A stretch of DNA of 64,000 nt from Schizosaccharomyces osmophilus (lineage: Eukaryota). A program made the translations under genes and the position numbers. The DNA lies in contig NC_079238.1 of NCBI RefSeq assembly GCF_027921745.1, positions 2,356,001 through 2,420,000 of the forward strand. The letters are read 5' to 3'. Under the pieces are notes generated by a model. That model ran no database searches. It saw only the letters and a list, made by a program, of their open reading frames with translations, and was not told where the DNA came from. Positions 22,385-34,988 of the stretch are shown here, in pieces (positions within the stretch are counted from its first letter, which is position 1; every line of letters begins with the position of its first letter).

Positions 22385-22898
22385 TGTGTATGGACTCAGT
22401 ATTTTTGTTTATACTACAGTCAAAAAATACTGAATAGAAGAATCAAATTTCCAAAGTTCACCGTTACGTGTATCTTCCTCAATCTAAGTTCTCTGCTGGG
22501 TTCTTAATAATTGCTGTTGAGGAATAAAAAAAACTAAAAGCTCATAATTTATTCAAAATAAATGCTCCTTTTTCCTAATTAGTGGAGTTTATTGATACAA
22601 AAATGTAAATGGTTTTAGTTAAGTTTTAATGGTGCTTTGAGTCTATGATTATATGGTGGCCAAAATACTGCCAAGTAAGAACTAATCCCTTTTGGTTGAT
22701 TCTATCCATTTCTTTTTGTTTTTCTCTCTTTCATATGGTTAAGCTTGTACAGAGAGACCAATTGAAGATGAAATACATCTGAGAATTCAATGCAACTTTA
22801 TGCTGAGTATCAAAAGGTTTTTCAAAATTATATTGAAATTACTTTCTATATAATACAATTAAAGTGCTTTCATTATTTACATAGACTTTTTTTTTCCA

Positions 22899-25535
22899 TT
22901 AGTGCCTGCTATCATCAACTGAATGCTGTAACCAAGGGGCTTCTAATTGACCATTACCGTTCTTCACAGGTCTTTCCATGGGGCGATTTCTGCTATTCCT
23001 TTCATTTTGGATCTCATAGGTCTTCATTTTTCTCAAGGTGAATGGCGACGGTGATCTACTTTTCTCACTTGTTTCTCCGTAATACCTTTGATTGTAATTT
23101 GAATCTCTGGCCCGTTTCGTTCTTCGATAAGGAGAAGGCGAAAATGGACGGTTCCGTCTATACGTTGGAGGCGAAGGGGAATAAGAAAGAGATCGCGAAC
23201 GATATCTGCGACGTGAAGCATGTCTGTCTCTGCGAGGAGAAATCGAACGAGAATAAGACCTTCCTCTGCTCGGTGAACGCGAGTAACTTCTTTCACTGAT
23301 CGATCTAGAGAGCGATCTCCTAGGAGCACGTCCTCTGTAGCGATCAGATGGACGATATGTTGACTTACTTGGCCTCCTTCTCGTAGGTGTTTGGGAACGC
23401 GATCTCTCTCGTCTAGAATCGTACGAAGATGATCGGCTTGATGATATGGACTTGGATCCTCCGTAACTGGAATACGACGACCTCGAGTAAGAACGATTTC
23501 TGTCTGAATAAGGATATCCGCTTCTTCCACGCTCGATGTCATCTCTTGAAATTCGCGATCTACCAGGACTTACCTCGGCAACAGAAGGAGAATATGAACG
23601 CCCTCTAGATCTTGGTGGACTAACAGAACGAGAAGAAGATCTGCTACGAGAATAATCCGATGAATACGGCGAGCGAGAACGTGAATATGAAGATTTAGAT
23701 GTATAGCTTTCCGCATCAGATGCGTCATCGGCTTTCGGAGCGGGCATCGTCAACAGGTACTCCCTCATTTCTTCAGTTAAAGCTCCCAAACCAATAGAAG
23801 TGAAATAATTAATGGAAAACCGAACATTGCGAGCTTCATCCGTAGGAAATACACCATGCAGATAAGGTACTAACTCTGGATCGTGGAATCTACTTATCAA
23901 TGTTTTTAAACCAATTGCTTCCAAAAGTTCTTGAAACAAAATTTTTAGAAAAATACGTGATGACGCGGTTGTATCATCTTCAGTTAATCGAACGCTCTCA
24001 AACACAGACCATGGAATGGCATTGGTGCTCAGAAGATTTCCAAAAAACAAAGCGATATTCCGCAACCGGTTCGTCTCATATCTGTGGATGGTAGTGTAAT
24101 AATTTTTAAATGTTTGCTCAAAAGTTGTGCGCCATGTTCGATTGAGCTTGCAAAAACGCTCACCAATCAAACCATAAAATTTTTCATAAGTTCTCTCTTG
24201 ACTATTGCATTCAATAATCATGTTGCACATCTCTATTTCCTGACCTTCCGGTAACTGTACCTTTAATAGCTTATGGCAACATTCCTCAAAGTCGACAGAT
24301 GACATAATTGTAAGATAAATGGATTTTCTTAAATTAACGATATCCGTATTCGTTTGGTCAACAATCTTAGGTTGCACCTGTCCAGCAGGTTCATCTTCCT
24401 CAGATTCCTCACTACCTTCTTCGGATTCTTCGTCGCTTCCTTCTTCTTCTTCGGATTCTTCATCTTCTCCTAAAATTTCACGTTTTATGAAACCATATCT
24501 TGACTCATTTTCTTCAAAATCTTGATCAAAACGAAAGACTCCCAAGGATTCCTGTACATCCAATTCATCATCCAAACTAATAAAATGGGTGATCTGATCC
24601 TCTTCTTCAACTAAATCAAGCTGACTGGGTATAGTGGGATTATCTTTAAATTTATCTTTCCTTGCTTGGAATAATACTTCAATAATAAATTGAACACGTG
24701 GTTCAAGTCGATTCTCGTGCAATATTGTGCGAAGCCTTTCAAATATGCCATTGAAAGCCCTAGATGAGATATCAGAAAGGTAAGCACCGACTTCTCGAAG
24801 AAATCCTGATGCAATTTCTATAGAATCGCCAGTGGGTCTTTCCAAAAGAACAGCAAGGATCTGTAAGCCAACAATTTCGTGGGCTATCTTGTGATTAATC
24901 AAATGGGCAATAAAGTTCGTTGAACTCAGGCACATAGTTTTATCATTTCTGCGAAATGATTTTCGAAATTGAACAATAAGGCGCGTCAACAGTAGCTCTC
25001 CGACTTGCGGGAGTTTTGTATTAATTACGGCCGTCATTGCAGCATAGACTGGAGTAAAGGGGAGCGAAGCAGCCTGTGCTTTCATAATACTTCGGCAATA
25101 CAAAGCGCGTCCTCTGATTAGATTTACTTGAAATAAATCGGGAATGATTTCTTTGATATTCGATTTATTCACTTTGTTAACAAGTCCATTAATTGATTTT
25201 TTCAGTCCCTCCCATTGTAACCTTTGGTATTCTTGTGAATTTTTATCAGTAATTTGAGCTTGAAGAGCTCTTAATTTTGCAGGAGGAACATAAGTTCCAC
25301 CTGTACGGGTATTCATCATTTTTTGAAGAGCTACCTTTGGATCCACTTCTAACTTAGCGGTTTGGCGGCCCTCAAAATCCCGCTGAGCATCTGTTCGTCT
25401 TGGTATGTAATGTCTGTCTTCCCAACTAAGATCCTTTTCTTCGTCGTTTCCATTATTATGATGGTTATTCCTTTCTCTAGGCGTTGCATCCGCCATCTCC
25501 TTGTGATCTTCAAACTTTTGCAATGTTTCTTGCAT
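22899..25535 (-). CDS. cwf22: Splicing factor Cwc22 (MIF4G + MA3) with RS-rich tail
   Basis: TGGTYVPPAKL, WEGLKKSINGLVNK and RFSINYFTSIGLG motifs. Confidence 0.95.
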   Translation of the reverse strand: MQETLQKFEDHKEMADATPRERNNHHNNGNDEEKDLSWEDRHYIPRRTDAQRDFEGRQTAKLEVDPKVALQKMMNTRTGGTYVPPAKLRALQAQITDKNSQEYQRLQWEGLKKSINGLVNKVNKSNIKEIIPDLFQVNLIRGRALYCRSIMKAQAASLPFTPVYAAMTAVINTKLPQVGELLLTRLIVQFRKSFRRNDKTMCLSSTNFIAHLINHKIAHEIVGLQILAVLLERPTGDSIEIASGFLREVGAYLSDISSRAFNGIFERLRTILHENRLEPRVQFIIEVLFQARKDKFKDNPTIPSQLDLVEEEDQITHFISLDDELDVQESLGVFRFDQDFEENESRYGFIKREILGEDEESEEEEGSDEESEEGSEESEEDEPAGQVQPKIVDQTNTDIVNLRKSIYLTIMSSVDFEECCHKLLKVQLPEGQEIEMCNMIIECNSQERTYEKFYGLIGERFCKLNRTWRTTFEQTFKNYYTTIHRYETNRLRNIALFFGNLLSTNAIPWSVFESVRLTEDDTTASSRIFLKILFQELLEAIGLKTLISRFHDPELVPYLHGVFPTDEARNVRFSINYFTSIGLGALTEEMREYLLTMPAPKADDASDAESYTSKSSYSRSRSPYSSDYSRSRSSSRSVSPPRSRGRSYSPSVAEVSPGRSRISRDDIERGRSGYPYSDRNRSYSRSSYSSYGGSKSISSSRSSSYDSRRERSRSQTPTRRRPSKSTYRPSDRYRGRAPRRSLSRSISERSYSRSPSRGRSYSRSISPRRDRHASRRRYRSRSLSYSPSPPTYRRNRPFSPSPYRRTKRARDSNYNQRYYGETSEKSRSPSPFTLRKMKTYEIQNERNSRNRPMERPVKNGNGQLEAPWLQHSVDDSRH

Positions 25536-25818
25536 ACTATTTCATTAAAATACCAACTTCAACTTTTTCTTCTTCTAATATGCACAAACTAACAAGAATA
25601 CCATAGATGTTGTGAACTTCGTTTATTACCCGTCCATGAATACGCTACTTATCGTTATGTAATATCGTTATATATGCTTAGGCGAATACTTCGCGAATGA
25701 ATAGTACATATTTAATAAACATAATATAGCTTAGAAATGGTTAGTAAAAAATAAAAAATGGTAAAATTTCAAAAAGAGATAACATTCTTTCATGACCAAA
25801 CATCATAAATGAGTTCAG

Positions 25819-26801
25819 CTAAGCTACTTTAGCCAAATCACCAAGGGAATTAATATAATAATCAGGTACGACAGGAGCATCCTTCTCAAGAAATTCGTTC
25901 TCCTGGCTCACACCTGTGAGAACTAAAAGAGAGCCACCTAAACCGGAGTTCTTAGCAAATTGAATATCCGTGTTAAGGCGGTCACCAACGAAACAAGCTT
26001 TTTTGCGGTCAAAATTGACGCCTGCAACGATAGCCTCCATCATCTCATCATTGGGTTTTCCTAAGACTTTAGGAGTACGGCCAGTGGAGAAAATCAATGG
26101 GTAAGAAATGGAACCGGATCCTGGGAAAAAGGTACCATTCGTAGGGAATGTAGAATCTTGATTCGTCAAAAGGAAAGCACAGTTAGGATCTTGCAAATAT
26201 TGGTAGGCCATGCAGTATTTAAGATAGGTGACATGTCTGTCCATGCCACACAAAACAGCACCGACAGAAGGATCGGGTCGGACGTTATTTAAATCGTCAG
26301 AGTTAACAGCGCGTCTTAAAGAAGCATCAGTACCACCAGTATGTTTAACACCAACACGGTCAAGTTCACTTTCAATGCCTCCTTCACCAAGGACGAATAC
26401 CTTTTTGTCTTCAGGGAGCTTCAAAACCTTCTTTACATAAATGGCAGATGAATAAGCACTAGGATAAATTTCTTCTAGCTTTGCTTCAATTTCATGTGCA
26501 TTGATTTTCTTCTTGTAATCTTCTCTAGACTTGGTAGAGTTGTTTGAAACAAAGAAAACGTGTTTGCCTATTACGAACGGTTATCATACAGTATTCAACA
26601 TTCCTCATACCTGAAGAGCGCAATAGCTCCATGGTCTTCTTAACTCCTGGTAAGGGTTCGTTACCGTTCCAAAGAACGCCTGAAATTCTGTTAGTATTAA
26701 GCATGTACCATAGACAACGTACCATCGCAGTCAAACAAGAACACGTCGAATTTGTCTAGGAACTCTTGATATTGATCGGGCTTTTCAAGTTTAACAGCCA
26801 T
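25819..26801 (-). CDS. pho2: HAD-IIA 4-nitrophenylphosphatase; join(26801..26723,26679..26611,26567..25819), 298 aa
   Basis: FLFDCD|GVLW, VSNNSTK, GKP and GDRLNTDI motifs; two 43-nt introns restore the frame. Confidence 0.92.
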
Positions 26802-27422
26802 TTTTGAGGATATAGTATAACTGAAAGTGGTGGTGGTGATCAAAAAAATCCGAGACACGTAGCCAAGAAATATAAACGGTACCTGTGACATAAGCTTCAG
26901 GTCAGATACTAGAACTTATTACACCGCCCTAATAATTTCAGTTATGTCCCTGGATATTATAATCCAAAAGAATATATAGCAATGAACGGCATGCAGAGTA
27001 TATTTGTATGCCAAAAAAGATGGTCTATCCATCATTCAGTAAAGATTTGCTAGGACACTGTAATTATGCGAATTGTCCCTATTATGACTTCAGGTCTGGG
27101 TAGTTCCTTCCTTGTTCTGGTAAAAACGACGACCAGTTAGTTAATCAAGGGCTTACTTCTCGCATATAAAGAACCATTGTCACATTTACTGAGGCTATTT
27201 ATAACATAACTTTGTATCATGGAAGACTATTACCAATTCTTTCTAAAATCATCGAATTTCAAAGTCATATTTCTACATCGCGTTCTTATTGATATGGAAT
27301 AATACATATTCATTAGAGGATGATTGGTTTTGTTTATTCTCAGGATAAATATAGTTTCATGAATTCCTATTATGTACACGTCTCAACCCTATTAATAAAA
27401 AAAAAAAGACAGAGATCACTAA

Positions 27423-29438
27423 TTAGGTAGCACTCAACCCTAAGCAGTAATTCCTCTCAGTGAATTGTAAATCATAAACAATCGTTTCTTTCGTTTTAAA
27501 GTTGTACAATAAATTGTCTTCAGCAGATTCCGCTTTACTATTTAAGCCCTTAATATCCCAAACATTGACATCGGTATCAGCACCTCCAGTTGCCAGAGTC
27601 GTATTATCGTACGAAAATGCAAGGGAGTAGACTGGACTCTGATGTTTTTCAAACACTTGTAGTTTGCAGCCAGTACGTAAGTCCCATAAATGAACAAATC
27701 CGGTATCATCCGCAGATGCCATTAATAATCCATCGGGTGATAAGGCTATTGACGACACAGAGGAATTTTGTCCTGTGAAAACTCGTACAGTGTTACCGGT
27801 ACGTATATCCCATAATCTACAAGTATGATCGCTTGATCCAGTAGCTATGTAGTTTGCATTTTCATGAAAGGAGAGACACTATAGTAAACAGTTAGCAAAT
27901 ACATTAGCATGAACAGAAAAATACATACATCGACATCGTTTTGATGACCGACGAAAACTCGGAGAGGGGCAGTGTGCTCGATACTCCACAAACGAACAGT
28001 CTGGTCATGAGAAGCACTAGCATAATAATAACCATACGGGGAAAAGCAAATGTCCCAGACAGGTGCATTATGTCCTGCGTATTTGACAAGAGTGGTTTGG
28101 GTGTCTTTGCTCCAAAGACGGTTAAACCCATCTTCTGAACATGAAAGAACATATTCATTATCTGGAGAAATACTAACGCCAAATACTGGTCTTGTATGTC
28201 CTATAAGTTTAATTGTATCCAGGGGTTCGTTTTGATTGCCCACTAAAGCTGTATGAAGTTAGCGCTATGTATATCAACTATGGCTTACCCTGAGGACCGA
28301 GATTATTTGACATGTGTAGTTGAACTGAGGAATCTGCATACGCTGTTGCAAACATGGAAGCATCAGGAGAAAATTTTGCACAGTTTAGAGACGAATAGGT
28401 ATTATGCATAGTATACATGAAAACACTTGGTGGGGTGCCATCTTTTCCTAGTTGCAGCGAGTTACGCCGATTGTCTAAGGAAGAAACATACGCTTCAATG
28501 TCTTTTATGCGCAAAGAGGGTAAAGGTAGATCGGGTGGCACACTATCGATGTTTTCAGCAATACTCTTCTGTTCTTTCTCGAATAATTCTTCTAACGTTA
28601 ATGACGGATGGGTAGTAGCAAGAAATGGCTTTTCCTGAAGACCTTTATCCCGTTCTTCTAGTACTGCTTTGATTTCGGGAAGTAGTTCTTCGGGTATTTT
28701 TCTCTTTCCAAGATAAATATTTTGCTTGTTGTAGTCAAACAACTGTTCTGAATGACCAGGAATTCCTTCGGGTTGCTCTTCAACAACTATGCTTTTCTGA
28801 TCAGCATTTAGCTCAAGTATAGTTTGAGCGTCCGGTTTCGAAGGTTCATTTGTTTTCGCATATATTATTTTGATATCAATGTACTGATTTAAAAGGCGGA
28901 TTATAATTCCACTTCCATTAGCTTCATTGTCAAAAAGAAACTGAACCAGCAAGTCAAAGGTTGCTTTCGTTAAATTAATTCTATATTTATTCTTTCTGTA
29001 CAATTGGGAAATTTCGCTTTCGTCTGCATCGGAGTTTGTCTTCAGTTCATCAAGTAAACGAATGTCATGACCATGTAAAACTTCATGCTCTACACGAAAA
29101 GAGTCAAAAAAGAATGTTGCCATTTCTTTTTCTTTTTTTTGTAGTAAGTCTAGATAAGAATGGACAAACACTGGATAAAGTGTCTTTTGGAGTTTAGGCT
29201 TGTAGAGATCTAAAGTCCCATCGATCCAATCTCTGAGAAGAATGTATACCTGGATATAAGTTTCTGGTGCACCGATATTCCAATCTTGTTGCTCTTCCGG
29301 AATTGCACCTACACTAGAGATTTCCAACCTCAGCATTGCCTCTGTCCTAGAATACCCTTTTCTATACAGGTAATCGAGGACAATTTTATTCAAATCCGAG
29401 GTGGAATTATTAGAATTATACGAGCCAGGTTGTGCCAT
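27423..29438 (-). CDS. taf73: TAF5-like WD40 protein (Taf5 paralog); join(29438..28289,28248..27929,27878..27423), 641 aa
   Basis: LisH ([17 protein letters not shown]), NTD2 ([11 protein letters not shown]) and WD40 repeats; two short introns keep the frame. Confidence 0.9.
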
Positions 29439-29979
29439 AGTGATCTATTATTATTTCCATACGAACAAGCCGGTATGTAAGTATTTCTCACTTTCTTCGT
29501 TCCTTAAACCTTTTTTCTTGTTTTAAGTCTCTCTTTCGCTCCCAAAAAAGATAAAAATTTAAATGAAATAGTAATTATAAACAGTTAACAGAAAAATTAA
29601 AACATTAACCCAAATATTCTGCTAACACCAACTTGGTGTTGTGGTAACTTGTTCAGGTTCTGACAGTATGCAGTCTGCACTTAGTGCTGTGTGCAAGAGC
29701 AATAAAGCTGATAAAAAATATTTTTCATTTTCTAGCTGAAGACTATGTAGATTACAGGATTCATTTTTTGGTAAAAGAATAAGAACTACTCTGAAAGCCG
29801 CTCGTAAATCAAATTGCTCAGTTGATGAAGTTTCGCAAGACTCGTATTTGCAACGAACTAGCCTTACTATGATCACTGATTAAATAGTATCTTTTCTTGT
29901 ATTATTTTCAATACTTACTTAATTTTCAATTGTGCGTGAAATCGTGTTTTACAGTCGAGTGATCAAAAAGTTTGTATTA

Positions 29980-30618
29980 ATGTTTAATTTTCGATATCCT
30001 AATCTCCTTTTCCTGGCTCTTCCGCTTCCTGAGTACTATCTCAAAGATTCGTATGAGACGTTTCGAAATTTCCTTGGAGACTCCTTTTTAAGCAAAGGCT
30101 ATCGTGGGCCTCGAGTTTCCCATTTGACTATTGGAATGATCCCGGTAAAGTCAGAGGAGGATGTGCTTCGTTCTATAGACCACTTAAAGGATAACGCCCA
30201 GAATATTCAAAAAGCTTATGGAAACGAACTGCTAAAGATCGATTTACAGGGGACCTCTTATTTTGGTAAATCGCCTGAAGAAGCTCGCGTCTTGTATGCA
30301 GTACCTCAAGAGCAGCACGGAAGAGTTTGTGTTCAAAGATTTTGCGAATATCTTCGAGAATCCTTTGAAGATGTCGGCATTTTCAGTAAAGACAATCGTC
30401 CCTTAACATTACACTGCACATTGTTAAACTCAAGATATATGAAACGAGGAAAGAAGCGCTTAAAGCACTTTGATGCAAATCCACTGTTGGAAAGATTTGT
30501 ACACTATCCTTGGGCACAAAACATTAGCTTATCAAGGCTGTGTATTATGAAGACTGGTGCCGTTGGTCCACCTGGAGACATGTATTATGAAGAGATTGAT
30601 TCAATTCCATTGCATTGA
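29980..30618 (+). CDS. 2H phosphoesterase, ASCC1/AKAP7-like, 212 aa
   Basis: Two HxT motifs (SHLTIG, LHCTLL) plus FLALP, VLYA and FDA motifs typical of the ASCC1 C-terminal domain. Confidence 0.82.
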   Translation: MFNFRYPNLLFLALPLPEYYLKDSYETFRNFLGDSFLSKGYRGPRVSHLTIGMIPVKSEEDVLRSIDHLKDNAQNIQKAYGNELLKIDLQGTSYFGKSPEEARVLYAVPQEQHGRVCVQRFCEYLRESFEDVGIFSKDNRPLTLHCTLLNSRYMKRGKKRLKHFDANPLLERFVHYPWAQNISLSRLCIMKTGAVGPPGDMYYEEIDSIPLH

Positions 30619-30675
30619 AATTCCCTCTTGTTTGTTTTGTGTCTGTTTACCAGTCGAGTATGTGGTCAAGTCAAA

Positions 30676-30686
30676 GTAAACAAACA
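30676..30686 (+). promoter_or_regulatory. FLEX element (Mei4/forkhead site) GTAAACAAACA
   Basis: Full FLEX consensus ~175 nt upstream of the next ATG; an inverted core TGTTTAC also lies at 30644-30650. Confidence 0.65.
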
Positions 30687-30860
30687 ATCGAGGAAGCAAT
30701 ATAAAAGGTATGAATTTCCATCTAGATTTTACAAGATAAATACAAGTGTCTATAAAATTTTGCTCTCAAGTTGCTACAAAGGAGGCTGATAAGTATATTT
30801 ATTTTGGAGGTGTTACATATTGCTTATTTAACGGTGGTATCTTTATGACCGATATTTCCA

Positions 30861-31374
30861 ATGGAAAAATCATCTTGTGGTATGATTAATTTTCTGAGGT
30901 TTATTAACTAGATGTCCTTTAGCCAGCTCATTGTCAAGGCATATTATCAAGGAATCCGGGTTCAATGCTCCTGTAATGAAATCGAAGCATAAGCGTACGA
31001 TTTGAATATATTTAATTTATTTTGTAAAAGCTAACATTATAGTTGCTTTAAAGGCTCATGAGGAGTATATACAGAAGCGGAACGCTCAAAGCCAGCAAAA
31101 TGCTCTTCGGTCAAAACCTGTAGATGTAAAGTTAAGCAAGGATAATCGAAAACAATATCAAAAACCCGACTTTCAATTTTCTGCAAAAACAAAACAGCAG
31201 AATTGTCGGCCATCAGACTATTATCCTGCATATGGCATGAAGCAACCGGAATCTGCACTAGCCAATGGATATTCTAAACCGCAATCATCAAAGCAGATTA
31301 ATGGTGTTTGGTATCCACCGTCATATTCGGTACCTCCCCACTATGGAATTACCTACCCATTGGCATATTATTAA
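30861..31374 (+). CDS. mug98: Small lineage-specific protein, probably the mug98 ortholog; join(30861..30879,30923..30994,31043..31374), 140 aa
   Basis: Absent from the ORF track. GTATGA and GTACGA donors plus TAG acceptors give MEKSSCASSLSRHIIKES...GITYPLAYY*. Upstream FLEX site; name from synteny only. Confidence 0.65.
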
Positions 31375-31836
31375 ATGGTCAGCAATTTTGAAAGTTTTCA
31401 TCTAATACTGTTTCCTTTGTTTCAAAAATAATTTAAGCAACCTTGTCGTTTTTTCCTTTTTCTGTCATGTTAGCTTTTTATGGTCGTCAAACTGTGTAAT
31501 AATTATCTTCATCACGATGCAATTGGTGCTTGCCAGATTTCAATTAATGTTCCTTTTACTTTACCCATAAAATACGGTTATAGTCTTTAGAATGCTTACA
31601 AATATTGGGCTTTCTGCTTTTCTGTTTTGTATACTGAATTTCGGACAGTACCAAATAATAAAACACCTTTAGTCAAAACTTTTCTCTTTTTATACAAATG
31701 AATTAAGTTGTTTAAAACTATTATATCTTCATATTCCAATTAGTTATTCTTATTTACGATTGTATTTTCCTAACTTAATATTATACTAGCTCGTATATCC
31801 ATAGGCAAATACGTCTACCATTTAGGAATAAAAGGA

Positions 31837-32793
31837 ATGCTTAGACAGACGTTATTGACAGCTCGTGCACAAGTATTTAAACATGGATTGTCAGTAGCAA
31901 ATAGAGGATTTTCTTACTTAACGCTGCTAAGGCCAAAGCGAAGGTTTACTAGTGGTATTTTGATGGAACAACTTGCTTTGAAGTTGGATTCGGAATTAGG
32001 ATTTGTGAACCAGGTTTTACGAGAAACAACACCAAATAAAGAATATGAAAATGCTTTACGCTCGTTTACCATTCACGAGAATCCTCTGCTAAATTACATT
32101 GCGGCTACCAAGGAACTGGAAAATGAAAGGTATAATCATCATACTCATGTTTGGTATACAGGAGTCAAACAGACTGAATTGGGAATAAGTCTTTAGCTTT
32201 GGAGAAATTTTGTTACTAACTAGGCTTTCAGAATACGAATTACAGTTCCTGTTTACAGTGCGAGGGCTTCTTATACGGACAGAAATATTGTGAAGCAAAA
32301 CGACGAAGGAGAAGAAAAAAATGGCGAATCGGATGAATTAAGCTACTTTCAGCAGTCTATACCTACTTATGTACAGATAACCAATGTACGTACCAGTTTT
32401 ACTCGATGAATTCTTCAATATGGTTGTTCCTCTCCTTACTAACAACGAATATAGAATGAGGGAACTTTGATTTGTTCACTAATTTTAAATAAGGACGAGA
32501 TTCTCTTTGACAGTCTTTTGTATGATCAGAATAAGGACTCGTCCGTCGCTTCTACCGATCTTGCCCAAGCGTTGAGAAAGAGTTCCAAGTATCGTGGACG
32601 TAAGGCAAACAAACTTCCTGATCTATTAAAATCTTCTCTTCTAGCATATCTGGAAGAAAATGAAATTACAGCGCAAGTCATAAGGGCGTTGATTTCAAGA
32701 ATCTGGCGTAAGGAAAATCTGTCATACAAATCATGGCTAGAAAATATTTTACGCTACGTTTTATTTCAAGATCCTTCTAAGTCAGCAAGTTAG
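31837..32793 (+). CDS. Divergent mitochondrial Mam33/p32-family protein; join(31837..32129,32232..32385,32455..32793), 261 aa
   Basis: Presequence-like N-terminus; LDSEL, ENERIRITV and C-terminal YLEEN.I...KE..SY.SWLENI..Y resemble Mam33; the introns keep the frame. Confidence 0.7.
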
Positions 32794-33018
32794 ACCTCGA
32801 TTTTCTAGCCCAATGGCTACCTCCCTAAATTACCATTATATGGAAAGCCTGTTTGTTACCTCATGCACAGACTACCAAACACAGTGAATGCGATGTACTT
32901 GGTGTGGCACCTAGAATAGAAACGAAATAGTCGGGTGTTTTTTATTTATATCGTCTACATTTTTTTTAAAGTTCTTATCCTGTAAGACTTCTGGTTTTTG
33001 TTGGTATTATCTGCAATA

Positions 33019-34542
33019 ATGGCAGTATGCAAATTCTTTTTGGAGAGTATGGATTCTATTCTAAATTTCTATTGCTAATCAAGGAAGATCGCTGCCGTAA
33101 TGGAAGCAATTGTAGATTTGAGCATGTATATCCTCATTTAAAGCCTGGTACGAGTTCGTACATTTTTCGTTCTGAAAACGCGGCACCCCGTATGTCTTAA
33201 AAGTTTAATGTTCTTTTAAATGATTAGCTAACATGAAGCAGCTAAATGGGCAGAAGGAAAACATTTGAAGAGGGCCGAATTGGATCGGTATCTTCCTATA
33301 GCTAAAACTGCTGGCTTCATTTCTACAAACTTGGAAACGGAAAAGCCTTTATGGCCATTAACGTGTTATGGTGTAAAGGATTTTTTCCCTTCGTTATACA
33401 ATGGCGATGTTTCTCCAGAGGAACTGAGATTGTGGTTTTATCAAGCACGAGCAGTTAATGCGATTCCTCAGTATGAGCAACGTCAAACAGAACTAGTAAA
33501 TGACATTAATCATAAGCAAAAGACTGCTTTGACAAATCGCGAAGGTGCTGTTAATGAAATGAGAAACCGATTAGTGGGCAAGACGGGAGCAAAATCCATA
33601 TTTGATACGACACCAATTAACAACACGTTGCCAAATAATAATGCTTCTTTTGGTCCATTTTCAAACCAAAACAAAAATCCGTTTACTAGTTCGACTCCTG
33701 CATTCGGATTTCAACAGAATCAACCGACAAACAGTGGGTTCGGCGGTACGAGTGCCACTCCTACTACGTCTGCATTTGGTAGTCAAGTTAATGCTTCCCC
33801 ATTTGCTTCTAGTAATAATACGCCAGCAGTTCCTAGTTCGTTTTCTGGTGGTGGATTTGCCCAGAACGCACCGAGTCATCCTCAATTTGGTGTTAGCGGC
33901 TTTGCAAACCAAGCTCCTTCATCATTCGGTGGTTTTTCTAATAATCAGCAACCGGCCTTTGGTCAATCATTGTTTGGTCAACCTAGTCCTTTTCAAACTC
34001 AAGCAAATAGCTCTGTAAATACGCCAAAGGCTTTTGAACAGCCCAAAAATCCTACCAGTCCTTCTCCTTTTGGTACCCCCAATGCGCCGGTGTTTGGACA
34101 AACAGCTTTTCAACAGCCGACTAATCCGGTATTGCAAAATACTCAAGTGCAAAACGATGCACCCAGTGGATTTCAAGATCCAAACCAAGGCCAAAGTCCA
34201 TCAAGCATCTTTGGTTCGTTTCAAAACACAAATACTGCACCTTCTGGTTTTGGTACGGGAGGCCAGAATCAGCAATTTGGATTTGCTCAAGCGGCCACAG
34301 ATCAAGGTCAAGGACTAACGAACAGTAGTTTTATGAACAAACCTGCTGGTAATAATAGTTTTGGTTTTCAACAACAGTCATCTGCTCCAAGCTTTCCTTC
34401 AGCTTCTTCTACTATGCATACAAACACAAAAGCGTCTGAAGTACCTTCTAATTTTCCACCGGAATTTATTCAGCAATTTCAAGCAGCTGAATTTACATTG
34501 GGGAAAATCCCTACTGTACCACCACCACCGCAAATGTGTTAG
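33019..34542 (+). CDS. amo1: CCCH/FG nucleoporin Amo1 (NUP42/NUPL2); join(33019..33046,33088..33189,33242..34542), 476 aa
   Basis: CKFFLENRCRNGSNCRFEH zinc finger after splicing; WPLTCYG and DVSPEELR motifs; FG repeats; C-terminal F.LGKIP..PPP. Confidence 0.9.
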
Positions 34543-34988
34543 TTTTGATTGGAACTTGGGAAATAGACAGTTGGAAACAAATTGAAGATCTGATTACAAG
34601 AAAATGTATTTGATATCGTGTCGGAAGATGTATAGTATACTACAATAATAGTAACCTCATAAGAACATAACTTTTCATTATCATAAAGGAGTGTTTTGGC
34701 GCCTCATATTTTATTTCTATTGATTTAATGCTCATTTACACTAATACTGAAATGCTTATAAATAATGTTGTTATTATCTCTCGGTTCATCTATATTTAAG
34801 TAGACTACATAATTGGTCATAATAGGAAGTCCTTCGATGAGTTATACTTTCCACTACAAAACTCCCTTGTATTTTAATTTCGGGCTTTTTCGTTTTATAA
34901 AGCAGTAGAGGTTTAGTACTTTGAAAAATATTGAGTCTCTTCACCTGCTTAATTGGAAAAGTAGTAGTCAAGTAAGCAATTTGCAATT

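Noticed and set aside
23033..23542. 169-aa alternate-frame ORF inside the cwf22 RS tail
   Set aside because: Shadow frame of repetitive Arg/Ser codons.
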